DNA of 64,000 bases from Takakia lepidozioides (taxonomy: Eukaryota > Plantae > Bryophyta): positions 744,001-808,000 of the forward strand of contig CM060733.1 of NCBI GenBank assembly GCA_030704615.1, read 5' to 3'. The notes under the pieces were generated by a model that was not told the DNA's origin, searched no databases, and saw only the letters and a list, made by a program, of their open reading frames with translations. Every line of letters starts with the position of its first letter. Within the stretch, counting starts at the first letter, position 1. Below are positions 35,546 to 49,600 of this stretch, piece by piece. The translations under genes were made by a program, and so were the position numbers.

Positions 35546-37750
35546 TGGCTGAGCATTGCAGAGTGCGGAGTGGTCTCTCTGCCTATCGAGATGGTATAGG
35601 TAGTGAGTGGGGGCGAGCAGGTGCGGACCACGGGGTGCAGGCATCCATGGCACACGTGGGAGGTGCTTGAGGTTCAGAGGGAGGTGGTAGCCAAGGCGGC
35701 TGTGATGGATGAGGTTGGGGATTTTTCTCGGGTTGAGGAAGTCATCGAGGATGAGATGATGGGGCAAGATGAGGCCTTGTCATTGACTGAGCAGGCATGG
35801 AGTACTGCTCAAGAGGTTGCGACATAGCAACCACTAGACGTGTCCCCTACCTCTAAGCCCACTGGACTTAAGGTTGCAGTTACGGAGGACAATTGGGAGC
35901 CTGACATTGGACCCATTGTCATCGGAGGAGAGAGACGACGTATACGACAATTCCTGAGCGCTTACAGGAATTGCTTTGCCTTCAGTTTGAAGGACTTGGG
36001 AGTACTGAAGGATCAGGAAATTTGCATTGAGAGACCCTATAGATACAGTGACATGGAGAGGTCCTTGATTCAGATGAGGACTCAAGACCTTTGGGAGGCT
36101 GGTTTGGTGGAGCTCTCTGGTGGAGAGTATGCTTTAGCCACAGTGATCCTAGCCAAGAAGGATGGCTATGGCAATTGGACGGAGAGACGTATGTGCAGTG
36201 ATTACCGACCTGTAAATTGTCAGACCAAGTCCGATAAGTATGCCATGCCCACACCGGAGGAGATCTTTGATGCCATTGGGCATGCTAAGGTCTTTAACAC
36301 TTTGGATTTACGATCCGGATATCACCAGTTGCCGATCAAGGAGGCGGACAAGCAAAAAACGACATTTTGGGGGATCAATGAGCACGGCAATGATTGCCTA
36401 TATCAGTGGCGATTCTTACCATTCGGGCTTAAGAACGCTCCTGCAGAGTTCCAGAGAGTCATGGACATGATTCTAGCATGGGTAGAGTTTGCTCGATACT
36501 ACATAGATGACATCATCATCTTCAGTGCTACGGTGGAGGATCATGAGAGACACCTTCAGGTGGTATTTGAGCGCTTGAGAGCGCACAGATTGAAGCTGCA
36601 TGTGGGGAAGTGCAAGTTTTTCCACCACCATATTGAGTATCTGGGTCACATGATATATCCTGGAGGATTGGGGGTACAGTAGACTAAGGTAGAGGCCATT
36701 GCACAAATTCCGCGCCCCACAGATGTGAGCCGAGTTCGAGCTTTTATGGGGTTGGAAAACTATTATAGACGGTTTGTCAAGGGATTTAGTGCCATTGCAA
36801 ATGCTCTAACCAAGTTGACCAAGGTGGACCAGAAGTGGCAGTGGGAAGATGAGCAGGAACAAGCTTTTTAAGAGCTCAAGACGAGGTTGACATCCGCGCC
36901 TATCTTGAGACGACCTATCAGGGGGCGTCCCTTTCAGCTGCATACGGATTGGAGCATGCTAGGGCTTGGAGCGGTGCTCACACAGGTAGATGATGAGGGA
37001 AGAAAGTTCGTAGTGGCTTATGCTAGCTGCTCGAACAATGCTGCAGAGGCTAACTATAGCTCATATGAGGGAGAATGCTTAGTTGCAGTGTGGGCCGTGG
37101 CACACTTTAGGTGCTATCTATATGATATTCTCTTCACCTTTGTCACGGATTACCAGCTACTCAAGTGGTTGATGGAGTCAGACAAGCTTACGGGGAAGCT
37201 TGCACGGTGGGCACTCATACTCCAGGAGTATGACTTTTAGGTTGTGCATCAACTGGGTTTGGTCAATCGGGATGTGGATGGATTGAGTCGCAATCCATGC
37301 ACGAGGCAGCAGGATGACACTTAAGCTCGGTGGCATGGTTAGACGGACGATGAAATGGTGTCGGGATGGCACGCATCTGCATTTTTGTGTATCTTGGCAG
37401 CGGGAGGTCGGATTGGACCTACGACAGGGATGACTATAGACGGACTGTCTGAGGATCCTGAGGCTAGTGACGAGCCAGGTGGTGTCAAAGATATACATGA
37501 GGATTCGGCTGTGTTGGACTATCTCCGCACTGGAGACATGACAGCCACTGTGACTGCCAATGAGAGAGATCGGATCGTACAATGAGCCAAGAGGTTCAAG
37601 TGGGAGGGGACAAACCTGAGCTTCGAGTGTGGGAGGATGGCCGGGTGAGGATTGTGCCTCACCCAACACAGCGTGCACGGTTAGTGCGGCATGCCCATGA
37701 GGAGTTGGGGCATTTTGGAGTGCGACGCACTCACAGTCTACTGCAAAGGG
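34745..37750 (+). mobile_element. Ty3/gypsy LTR retrotransposon internal region (DNMT-RT-RNase H-integrase Zn finger), degenerate
   Basis: RT: RMCSDYRPVN..LDLRSGYHQL..LPFGLKNAPAEFQR..YIDDIIIFS. RNase H: FQLHTDWS..GAVLTQ..NYSSYEGECL..TDYQLLKWL. Integrase start HEELGHFGVRRT. Multiple stops; no LTRs recognised. Confidence 0.92.
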
Positions 37751-37984
37751 TGAGCAACATAGTGACAGCCAGCTAGTGACTGACTAGTGGCAACCTAGTG
37801 GCTGGAATAGTGGTGGACTAGTGGTATACTAGTGTGTGGTGTGCACATGTGTTGTGTGGTTTTGGACAACGATGTAGTTGTGTAACGATATGTATGCGCA
37901 CGACACAGCTCGCACACTAAAGCTGCATATTGAAAATGAGGCGGGACAACCCTAACCCTAACCTTATCTGGGTTTGATTATACC

Positions 37985-38890
37985 ATGATGACTATTTTCG
38001 GGATATTGTTAGGACCAGGAGCTCTAGAGGGTGCTCAGGGACTTTTGCCATGGCACAAACCACCCTGCCCATCTCTTCCGGTGGTGTGGGTCTTTTGTCC
38101 ACCGTCACTACAGCCCCTTCAGCCTTCCTCGGCAGTTGGGCGTTGGTTGCGCCAGCCCTCGCTTCACGATTTCTCTGCAACCATCATCCCATCCTTATGG
38201 ACGCCGTTGCGCATGTCGACAGTGACATTTTACCCTTCCAGCAGCATCTCCGCTCTGCACGGGATCTTCTTCCAACACCGGCGCGAGTATATCTCCCACC
38301 GTTTGAGCAGCTGGTTGCTTAAGGCCTCGACCATCTACATGAGTCCATTTCCGACCGCGTGTATCGCCATTCTTTTTCCGACATGCTCTCAAGTGCTTCT
38401 TCTGAGTTGCATCGGGCCCAACTTCTATCATGTGCAGGACCTGGATCATGGGCGTTGTTGGCATAACGATCTACTATCGCACCTTTCCGCCTCTCGTCCC
38501 CTATTTTCACTACTGCGCTCCGCCTTCGACTTGGTTTGCCTCATCCTTCGACATTGGGCCTTCAGCGGTGTGTCTGTCGTCAGCCCTTCGATGGCCTTAC
38601 CATCCACCTCCTCCGCTGCCTATGTGATGGCGAGCGCACTGCGTCTCATGATGCGGTTCACGATGCGGTGACATCTGTTTCCCGCATATCTCCATCCTTG
38701 TGACATACTATCGACAGCGCGTTTCAGTTGCTCTGCAGAGAGCACAAGCCATATCTATTTTGCATCGGCCTGATGTGGCTGGCTCCGGGTCATCTCATCT
38801 TCCGCCTATGCCTGACACTTTGCTTATCTCTTTGCCTAATCTCCTCCTTGCTGTTGGCTGGGAGGGTCGGTTGAGTAGCTTATTATAGTT
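37985..38890 (+). mobile_element. CRE-like (RLE-clade) non-LTR retrotransposon 3' fragment
   Basis: LPISSGGVGL...APSAFLGSW; LRLRLGLPHP..CVC..HLLRC (Zn knuckle); ERTASHDAV; YYRQRVSVALQRAQA. Preceded by CCCTAACCCTAA at about 37950. Confidence 0.6.
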
Positions 38891-40602
38891 TTTGTTTTCT
38901 TCCTCTTGTTCCTCCTCCCCCCCCCACTTTTGGGAACTTCTCATCCTATGTACGTTCACCCATTGTACATGTTGTAAATAAAGTCTTCCAGGTTTCATCA
39001 AAACTGCGCTAGAGAAGGCTTATTAGGTCTTAGTACCCTTATCAATTAATCCTTATTTACGGTAACATTGTCAATTAGTAAGCTCGATTACCCGACTTGT
39101 TTTGTGATCGGTAGCCTTTGAGCGAAGAATGCACTATCCGAGCGACTGCAAAGGAAACGGCTCCCACCGGTTGTGTATGAGAGACTGATTTTTCGGGGAG
39201 TAATGGAGGTGGGTCTCATGGAGGTGGTTGTTGAATGTGGGTAAGGAAGACAGAATGGACAAGGAATCGTGTTTGTGCAAGAAAGATTTACTAGTTGATA
39301 GCACCCCTGACACATGTTGCTTCCCCTTCAAAACGGGATCTACCTGGAAAGAGCGGTCACGACTGTCCGTGTTACCTACTTAACCCATCAACTCCACGAC
39401 GACAGAAAACTGGGGTCACAACTGTAATTGACATCTGCGAAAACGAAACCAGAACATCACGGGAAGCTTACTACACAACATCCATGGACGAAAATATCTT
39501 GTGCCCAACGTGGGTATAATGTCCTCTCCAAAAAACCCCCCCGTTCTTTCTCTCACACACACAGACACACACTCAGAGAACTATGAAGCTCCCTTATTTT
39601 TTCCTCTCTCTTTGTATTCCTCAACCCACACCCCCTGTTCCTTTGTTTGCCTCTCCTGGGCTGGCCTCATGTGGGTGTCTCTTGAACGTTTTCTTGGTCT
39701 CTCCTTGTTGCAAGCAAAGCCCAAGGGACGGACGGGGGGTTCCAGAGCGGATACCTCGCCCCCAATTCATTCACCACGTGCAAAGAGTGCCTGCACGTGC
39801 TTATATGGCTCTAACCAAACCGCTTTGTGACAAGTCTGAGCTTGGCTGGAAGCCTAATCTGATGAGTTAAGTGCCTGCTTAATCTTAAGCCTAAAACCTG
39901 AAGACTGACCGTTACCGTTACTCTGAGAAAGAGAAGGGGGGGAGACAAGAGAGCTCCGGAGGAGGACAAGACCAGAGATGTGTGCATGTTGTCTATACAG
40001 CATGGAGCTCCTTAAAGAGTAGGAGAGCTGTGAATGCTGCATTGGGTTCTTGGGTTTCTTCACAGTATAGATGAATTTTAAGCTACTTCATGATGAACAC
40101 TTCCAAGGAGCGTACACGAGACAAAATAAATTAACAGATGATGAGAATGACGGGGCTCGAAAGGTCAACAGACGTATCGAGATGCTAGCCTGAACGGTTG
40201 ATTGCGTTGGCCTTGTGATCACATCCCCACACGAAATTGAATCGAAGCCTACCTGGGGGTTTTGGGACCTACAGAGGACAGCAGTAGAGTTGATTAGTCT
40301 TGCGCCCAGTTTGGATGGAGCAGAGAGTGGGGAGAGGAGTTGGAGAATGGGGACCAGGACAGTCATGGTAAGCTGGCTCCCATACTAGGTCGTACTTCCT
40401 CAGATGGAGCTAAATTTGGCCTTCCGCGTTTCCTCCAGAAATTTTCTTACTGTAAGAACAATATGATGTTCACACAGTAATCTATACACAAGAAGGGGAA
40501 ATTTTTGGCAACTTCTGGAGAATACAAGATTTCAGTCCATCATAGACACTCTGCATATCCATACACAAAGTTTTTCCATGAGAGTATTGACATCTCGTGC
40601 GG

Positions 40603-43600
40603 ATGATGAGGGGGGAGAAGAAGCTATGGCAAAGAAAGAAGTGGAGGATTAGCAGCTGGCATATCCGCAAGAGCTGGATACGTGGGTTTCTAGGGCTGTG
40701 GCTTCTCCTGGGGGTGACGTGTGCAGCCCTTATCGTATGGAGCAGGAAGACCAGCGTGGAGAAACAGAAAATTCGCGACATCAGTGCCTGGTGCAGGCAG
40801 AGATCCCGTGTACTGGAGGAGCAGGTGAAAGCCAACAAAAATAATGCTAAGGTGAGCATGTTCGCATCGCTTTTCTGATCGAGAGGAAGCACTCCACTTC
40901 ATGAATTGATGATGGCAGGTCCAAGTTCTCTTATTCGGGGCCTGTGGATCAACCTGGTTTCTCTTCTGTAATCTTCCTCCCGTGGACGTTATTAACCTGA
41001 TGCTTTGATATTAATGCCAAACTTCAAATCAGCTCTCGATCTCTTAAGACAGGATTTTCAGTGGATGTGTGAGCAGTTGAGGTTAAGTTTCCTACCTGGG
41101 AATCCCCACGAGCTCTGGGAGGATTGTTATCCTGCCAGGACTATGCACTGCAGGTTACTTCATGGCCACAGGGAACAGTACATAGGTACGATTCTCCTCG
41201 AAACTACGGGTGCGGTCATCAAGCTATAAGCATGGTCTGTCAAGTGCACCTCTACCTTTTCTGCGCTGTTGAAGAGATTTATTACAACATATTGCATTAC
41301 AGGTTAAATCAATTGACTCAATCTTTGGGCTGGGGAGGGTGGCAGACTTTCACAGATCTTATCTTGGTATTTGGAAACTACAATGGCACCAATGCAATGA
41401 CTGCAATGACATTTCAGAAATATTGTGACAACACCAGCTACGCCCACCCACTCCTGCTGGACTTGAGTTATGCAATTTTCGTGAACCAAAGCAGCCGGTA
41501 CGCCTCTCCTTTCTTTAACTTAACTCTTGTTTGATGTGTTTTTGGTTTCTGTGGTTCTGTTGTATTGATCTAATGTGTCGCACGGTCCCTCTGGGCCTCC
41601 TGTGGATGTAATTTCTTTCTATCTTGTCTTTTGGGTGGGCTGTTGTTTCTTTGTTCATTCCACACCCTAAGTCCTCCAGGCTTCCTACTGACTTGATTTT
41701 CTCTTTCTTGTGCTTGTTCTGTGGAAGAAAGGCATGAAATTGGACTGAAGCACATTTCTTCTTTCCTCTCTACTACCAAAGGTCGGGGCTGCTACGACTG
41801 CCTATTTAGAGACAACAAATCCCTCATAGAGGGGTTTAATTACAATGATCAGAGATGCCTGGCAGTGTATGTACATGAGGCTCTCCGCCTGAGCATCTCT
41901 CGGAAGTGGATCATACATTTCATACATTTGTTTGTAGCCCCACTTTCTTTCTTGTTTCCTATTCCTTTGGTCACATAAGTTCTTTGAGATTCCCGTAATT
42001 TCTCTTAGTCTCCCGTTGTATCTTTCTTTGTTCTTTCTTGTGTCTATCTTTCTTTGGATAGTTGGCTGCTTGTTGAGAGCCCCACATTCGCTCTTGTATT
42101 CTGCTTTCTTTTGCCCCATAAGCTCTTTGAGCTTTCTGTGGACATTATAAAGTTTCTTTCTTTTTCTCACTTGCAGATCTGAAACCAGAGATGCAGGATA
42201 CATATGGAAATGGTCCTAAGGAGAGAGACGAATTTCAATTATGGCCACTTTGAGTCGAACGTTGCATCCCCCTCCCTAATTCATAGAAATTATGCAGAGA
42301 AACATGTCCATAGAAGGATGCATATAAGTTGCATCATCCTGCCTGACACAATACTGGGATAGGATTTTAAAAGTTGAAACCTTTGCATTCCCTCTTACCA
42401 TGTAGCTGTTTTGTCTCTGTGGACAGGACGTTTTTTGAAACAACAAATGGGCTTATAATCAAAGACATGAGCACCGGAGATGTGCGTTCCACACAAGCAG
42501 ATTACTTGGTAATAGTGTATGCAAATACTGATGGGCAGAAGTACTTGGGGTATGATCTCATGTCTGTCGCCGGTAATCGGGATGTGGTCAATCGAATGGG
42601 CTGGTTAGACAAAGGAATGATGACTGTTCCGTACAATACTTACAACAATGGGAAGGTTGGCATTGGTAAGTGTGCATTATTCTAAGTCCAATCTCTTCCC
42701 CACTGAAGTTCATCAGAACGAGCATAGCGGTTGTGTTTTTATGTACGCTATCACCTTTGTAGGCATGATACGTAAGTGCACATTGACATCTTATAATCCA
42801 CATTTCATGCTTTACAATGCCCTAGCTCTTTTCCTTCCCCTTCCTCCACCCAAGTCTGGTTTATAAGTGTCTCTTTGAGTGTATTGCAAACTGTGTACCA
42901 GCTGAGTTCCCAACAATAAATAGGATATTACATAGCCAATTGCCTTGGCGTTGAGCTAATCTGGTATTAAACTTGGGCTTCAGCGGTGCTATATCCAGTG
43001 CACAAGGGCGAGCAGTGGCAAAACCCAGCAGCAAGCAATGAGGAGAGGTTGTTCGGTACCGTGTTCACTTGGTTTGATTTTGAGACTATGATTGACAACC
43101 TCTTGAAGCAGTTTGATGACCCACGTGAGCCTTCTCATTCCCTGAATCCACACTTGTCACTCTATCCTTTATTTCAATGTTGTGTTCAATCCAGTGGGAG
43201 TGTCATGAGCAGATACTATATATGCAGACCAGAAACAATAAGGTTCAAATGAAGCTACAGAGATAGGTGGAAGAATTGAATAGTTGATTACCGAGGGATG
43301 AAGGTCAAGACGCCTCATATTTGTCAACTCGCAAGGGTGCTCATCCAAGAGAGACAAGATAGACGAAAATACTTCAGCTCATTTATGACCCATTTCTGAT
43401 ACTCAAATTCAAAACATGTACTGGCAGCTTCCCCATTTGTGTTTGAGGTTTTCGATGTGACGGACATCAAGCAACCAATTTTAGTATTTGGAGAGAGCAT
43501 CAAGATGTCAAGAGGAGAACGGGGAACACCTGTTGCGTTTGCTGAGACTGTCAACTTTAATACATGTGCCAACCCTCTAGAGATTGATTTGGGGGATCCA

Positions 43601-46600
43601 TATCGCAAGTACAAGGTTGTCTGCAGGTAGACTATTGCTGGATGACAGTACAAAATTAATAGGTGATTATGATGGATGAACACAACTTACCAACAGATTC
43701 AACAAGATGTCCCTTCTCCTTTTGCCCATGTGCTAGAATCGCATATCCACATGGATCAGCTAAATATGTACCTGCTTTGCTTTAGGAGTTTTTACTATGA
43801 ATATTGCTCAAAACCTCTCAAACCTGAGGTAAGAGATCAGGGGTGGAGTGTGGGTCCAGATTCATCTGAGAGGGCCGCATTTCAGGCACAAGTGTACCTA
43901 TGACCTAGAGAGGAACAAATTTTTTTTACATCCATTTGGGAGCCTGAAGGGCCTAAGGGAGTAAAAGAAACAGAGCAATGTAGAAGGAAACTTTATAATG
44001 CCCCCAAGGGCTCATGGGACAAATCGGTAGAGAACAAGAAACCACTTACCGAACCATTGGAGGATGCAGACAGGAGTGACTGTCCACTTGGGTGGGTGGT
44101 CATGCTGGGGGTCCTCCAAAGTGGCCATGTAAATGAAAACTGGAATACTGTACATTAGACTCTACTAATTGACATCATTGGAGGCTACGCGTTTGGCAGG
44201 TATCTGAAGAAGCAGTCAGGTTGGGGTTGGTATGCTCTTTCCTGGGGCTTTTTGTTCAGCTTGATAGTCTTATTGGTATACTACATTCTATGGGCTGCTG
44301 GGAAGCAAATGGACCAGATGCGGTCCAATTTTGAGAGGATGGAGGCTTTGAAAACTCAGGCTGAAGCTGCTGACAAGGCTAAAAGTGAATTTCTCTCTAC
44401 AGTGTCCCATGAGATACGGACACCCATGAATGGCGTACTTGGTACCATTCTGTTCACCTTGGTTGTTTCCATATACTCAAAAGCGTCAAGCCCACTTGGT
44501 CACCTTCTCTTCCTTCTTTCAAGGTGTGGGGTAAGCCTGGGAGGACTGAACAGCATTACAGTCCAGGCTCTTTGGTAGCAAGTTGTGTGTCTTCTTCTTT
44601 AGTTTAGAGAGCTTCGTTTGTTCAATAGAATTGTATGTGTATGTGATGCTGAACTGGTGTGAATATGCAGGTATGCTTGACTTCTTGCTGGACACCAAGC
44701 TTGATGCCCAGCAGCTCGAATACACCAAAATTGCACAAGCAAGTGGTACAGCATTGATCTCTCTGATAAATGATGTCCTAGATTTGGCAAAAGCTGAGTC
44801 GGGTCACATTGAGCTTGAAATTATGGAGTTCGACATGCGCAAGGTTGTCGAAGATGTGGTGGATCTTTTTCGGGGGAAGTCGAGGGAAATTGGCGTCGAA
44901 GGTGTGCTTCACAAATGAGTGTTTCAAGACAGGTTTTGTGTTTCGAGTTGTTTCTCTCTCTCTCTGTGGCCCTCTCTGGACGTTATAAACCTCCTTTCTT
45001 TCTGCACTTCGACAAACCCTTGAGCAATAGTTGTTTTTGGGCTGCTTGTGGAGGGCCCTCTCTCTTTCTTGTTTCATGCTTTCTCTTGTCCCATAAGCAG
45101 ACAATCTTATTTCATTTCTTTTTTTTCCCTCCTCCGCACCAGCTTGTTGAAGGCCTGTGTCCCCACAAGGTCAGCGAGTTCAACTCTCTTCTCTCTTCTT
45201 CTCTCTTGTTTTTCCTTCTGTCCCGTAAGCTCTTTGAGCTTTCTGCGGATGTTATAAAGTACCATTTCATTTCTCTTCTTTCTTGATGTTTAATAGTTTT
45301 TTTTGGACTGCTTGTTGTGAGAATGTTTATGGGCTACTGCCATTTTGTGAGGGTGGAAGCCTCTATGGAGAAATCACTCTGAAGCTGTTGCTCACCTTGA
45401 TTATGACTCAGCCTACCGGATGTATGTCTGCATTTGATTGCAGAAAAGAAGACTTTTAAAACCATGGATGACTGTGGCATGCAGTTGCAGCATTGGTAGA
45501 TGAAGAGGTTCCTCCCATTATGGAAGGAGATCCAAGTCGACTGCGGCAGGTGCTTGTCAATCTTATGAGTATGTTACATCATCTTGCCCAAGCTACTTGA
45601 TCCCCACCTGCTTTCAGCACATCTCCCTCTCTTTCTCTCAGCTTATCTGCAGGAAGTTTTGACCCTTAGGCAATCCCTTGAGCAGTAGTTGCTTTTGGGC
45701 TGCCTCTGGCTTCATTCTTTGTCTTTTGTTCTCTTTATTGTTCTCTTTATTGTTTCTTTTCATTCTTTAAAGTATCATTTCATTTTCATTTGTTTTTGGG
45801 CTTTTTGTGGAGGGTCACTCTCTTTTCTTCTTTCATGCTTTCTCTTGTCCCATAAGCTCTTTCAGCTTTCTGCGGACATTGTAAAGTCTTATTTCATTTC
45901 ATTCCTCCGGGCAAAGCAGTACATTACAAGTCTTTCATTGTTTCCGTTTCCTCCATGAATCGTAGTCTTACATCTGATGTCCGACATTGCCTAACTCCTC
46001 ATGACTGTTTTCAGTCCGGGCAATACGGATTGTGCGTTGCTAACTTTTTCTTATGGTTTTTGGTTTCAGGCAATGCGCTCAAGTTCACCGCATCTGGCCA
46101 TGTGCTACTTCGAGTGTGTTTGTATGAATGTAACTCCATTATGCCCACAAAGAAGCCTGGTGAGGAGACAGGGAGTTCCACAACAGACTCAAGCACTGCC
46201 AGCCCATGTTCAATATCACCATCTGCTGTACCGAGACTAAAGCTACCCAAATTCGTGCTTCCAGCTACCCCAAGGAACAAACAGAAATCTCCATTTTCTA
46301 TTAACAGCATTCGGAAATCATTTGAGAAGTTACGTTTTGATAGATATGCCAGAAGACGGTCTTTAACTGTGTCCACATATAGCCCAAATTCCCTTTTCGT
46401 ATACGACTCCCTGAGTGGGAAAGAAGCTGTAGATGATCGAAACAGCTGGAGTCGGATTTGCAGAAGAGGCAGTCGAGAGCAAGGATCAGTTTTGCAGTTT
46501 GAAAGGAGAAAGAGCATGGACATACAAGGAAGTTTTGATGCAGGACCATTGTCTGTAAGCCCTAGTGTAAACAAGGATTGGCCTGAAAGTGTGAATTTGA

Positions 46601-49600
46601 TTATTGCTTGCGAGGATACTGGAGCTGGCATTCCTGAGGAAGCTCGTGCTCGTATCTTCAAACCTTTCATGCAGGTTAGCCATAGCACACATCCCTCACT
46701 CTCTCTCTTTTTAGCTGGAAGATATAAAGTATCTTTCTTTCTTTCTTTCAAAAATGCAGGTTTCAAACAATCCTGGTATGCTCGCGTGGATACCTTTTTC
46801 GAACGCCATGGACTATCTATTGCTTTACTATTGCCAGTGAATCCAGAAGGGTGGACATCACATCCAAGCATGACTGCAACAGACTCGTTAGAAAGGAGCT
46901 CATGGAACTTCATGTCAGGAGAACTTGGAAATTACCCAACCTCACAACAAAGCTCCATTTCTATCGAGAAACATTCCTGGTTCTCCGAGATGATAGAATC
47001 TTGCGGCCCAATTACCTTTCGGCATCTTTATCTCCTTCTCTCCTGAGGGCATTGGGGCGGTTTTCTCTCTCATGTTTTTCTTTCCATTTTGTCCCATAAG
47101 CTCTTTGAGCTTCCCATGGACGTCATAAAGTTCCATTTCATTTCATTTCTGGGACAAATTCTCTCCTTGTTGTTTTTCCTTTTTATGCCTGCTTATGGCA
47201 TCTTGTGGACATAGAACTTTCTCTGAGCTCCCATACACTCTTTGTGCCCGCTGTGGATGTTGTGAAGTTTGTTTCCTTCTCTCTCTTTGTCCTTCGTCTT
47301 TGTGTTCTGCTCAAACTGGGCACGGGGTTAATGGCCACAAGGCTACAGCAAACAACGTCTTGTGAGTACATTCTGTCTGTGTCTTCTTCTTTTGAGTTTT
47401 TAGGCATCACCGCTTTGATGTAAGTTTCCATTTAGAGGATCAAAGATGCTTTTTGGCATACTTACAGGAGGCTCTGGATTGGGGAATAACTTGAAGTTGA
47501 GTTGTGGGTTTATGGTTCTTGGGGGCCCCACTTTCCTATTCTGTTAACTCTTCCCCTTTGTTCCATAAGCTCCTTTGAGCTTCCCATGGATTCCGTTAAG
47601 TTCCATTCCTTATTCCTCTTCTCCCTCCCTACAATTTGTGAGAGGTACAATTTTTTCTATGCTGATACAGTTCTGTTGTCCATCTGCCGACAACTTATGA
47701 AAGTTTCAATTTGTTTTCAATGTGCAGGCTGACAAGAGCACAGCCCGTGTGTATGGGGGAACAGGCATAGGTCTCACCATTAGCCAACAATTGGTAAATC
47801 ATTCACCTGTGTCATGCTTAGGCTGCATTGGGACGTGATGAGAAATGGAAATGAAATGAAATGAAATGGAACTTTACAACGTCCGCAGAAAACTCAAAAG
47901 AGTTTATGTGACAAAAGAATCTATCATCTAAGAAAGAAGTGGGGTCCTCAACAAGCAGCTCAAAAAGAACTCATCAATATCAGGAGATTCTCCAAGGTGG
48001 AGAGCCTCATATAGATATGCTACCCGGCGTTTCTGGTCCTTGTAACATGAAATATCTCAGAAAGGGACTGGCTGTCCTGAATAGGTCATAGAACCTCAGA
48101 TCGTGTGGTAGAGAGAACATAGAAAGAAGAACTATTCTTCAGTCTCAATCTCCAGTCTGTTTTCTCTAGCAAAATAAAGAAAGCAAGAAACTATATAATG
48201 ATCAAAGGGTGCTCCAAGGCCCCATGGGACTAAGTAGAACGAGAAGAAACCCACATCAAGAAGGGCAGTGTGACCAGAGAGGTAGACAAAGAGAAGAGCA
48301 CATTTGCCACATCCACTGGAGAGAGGGGGAAGGAAAGAAATGAAATGACACTTTATAACATCCACTGAAAGCCCAAAGAGCTTATGAGACGAGAGAAATT
48401 AGGAAACAAGAAGTGAGTGGGGCTCACAACAAGCAGAGCAAGAAGAAACAAACGAAGAAAAAATCTTTCAAATGTCCTGGAAAGCCCAAAGACGAAGGGG
48501 CTCGTAAAAGAGAGACTGATGACTCGTTGTGAATGTCTCAGGTCGGGCTGATGGGAGGTAAGATTGAGTTCTGCACACATGTTGGGGTGGGAACTACATT
48601 TGAGTTCAACCTGCAGTTTGGACTACCAAAGAAATTAGATGAGAAGACACAGCCCAGTAAAGAACCAGAGCATCCAGAGCTTCAAGGAAAGAGGATAATA
48701 TTTATTGATGGGATCCCTCTTCGGCGCATGGTAAAGCACCATTTCATTTCATTTCATTTCATTTATTACCATTTCATTTCATTTCTTTTGTTCTTTTCCT
48801 TTCTGTGCCTCTCACTCTCCAACCATACTTGGTTCACAACCTTGGTTCAGTACTTGGAATGCTGCAAAGCATGAATGAATGAGTATAGGTCTCAGTCTCT
48901 CTCTGCCCAAACTGGATATGAACTGGGAGATTCAACTGTTTATTCCAGGATACCCAATCGCTCAGGAGGTCTTCCATTACGAGGATCAGAAATGTTTGGC
49001 AGCTTACCTGCATGGAGCGTTGACTCATACACATCCCCTCTCTCTTTCTTGTTTCTTTCTTCCTCTTGTCCCATAAGCTCTTTGAGCTTCCTGCGGACGT
49101 TATAAACTACCATTTCTTTTCATTTCATTTCGTTTCTCCTCAGAGTGACTTTTTCCAGTTAAAAATCCCCTTCTGCACTCCTCCCCATCCCCACTTAGAA
49201 TCCATGGCCATCAGGCTAAGCAAGTCCAAGGAATTGTTTTTGGATTTGGGTGGAGGCAGGTGACTGAAACAGCGCTGCAGAAGTTAGGAATTGTAATGCA
49301 CTCTGTGAGCAGTCCAATGGCTATGGTGGAGGTGGTCAGTTTGCTTTTTGAGAGAAGTTCAGGCATAGTCATAGCAAAGGACAACCTCTTAAGTTTGTTT
49401 GAGAGCTGGGCTCAAATCTCTCCACCAGCATGCAACCCCGAGGATTCTTCAAAGTGGTGTAGCAAAAGTGGCAGTCCGCTCGACACCAGCCCTGTCTCTC
49501 CTGGTAACTGTTTCCCTCTCTCTACCTCTCTCAAAATCTTTGGCAGCACTTAAATTGGCTTCTTAGAACTATACCCTCCCTCTTCCCCTCCAACAAAGCT

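Noticed and set aside
46011-46913. 300-aa minus-strand ORF
   Set aside because: Antisense shadow of a kinase exon plus a LINE fragment.
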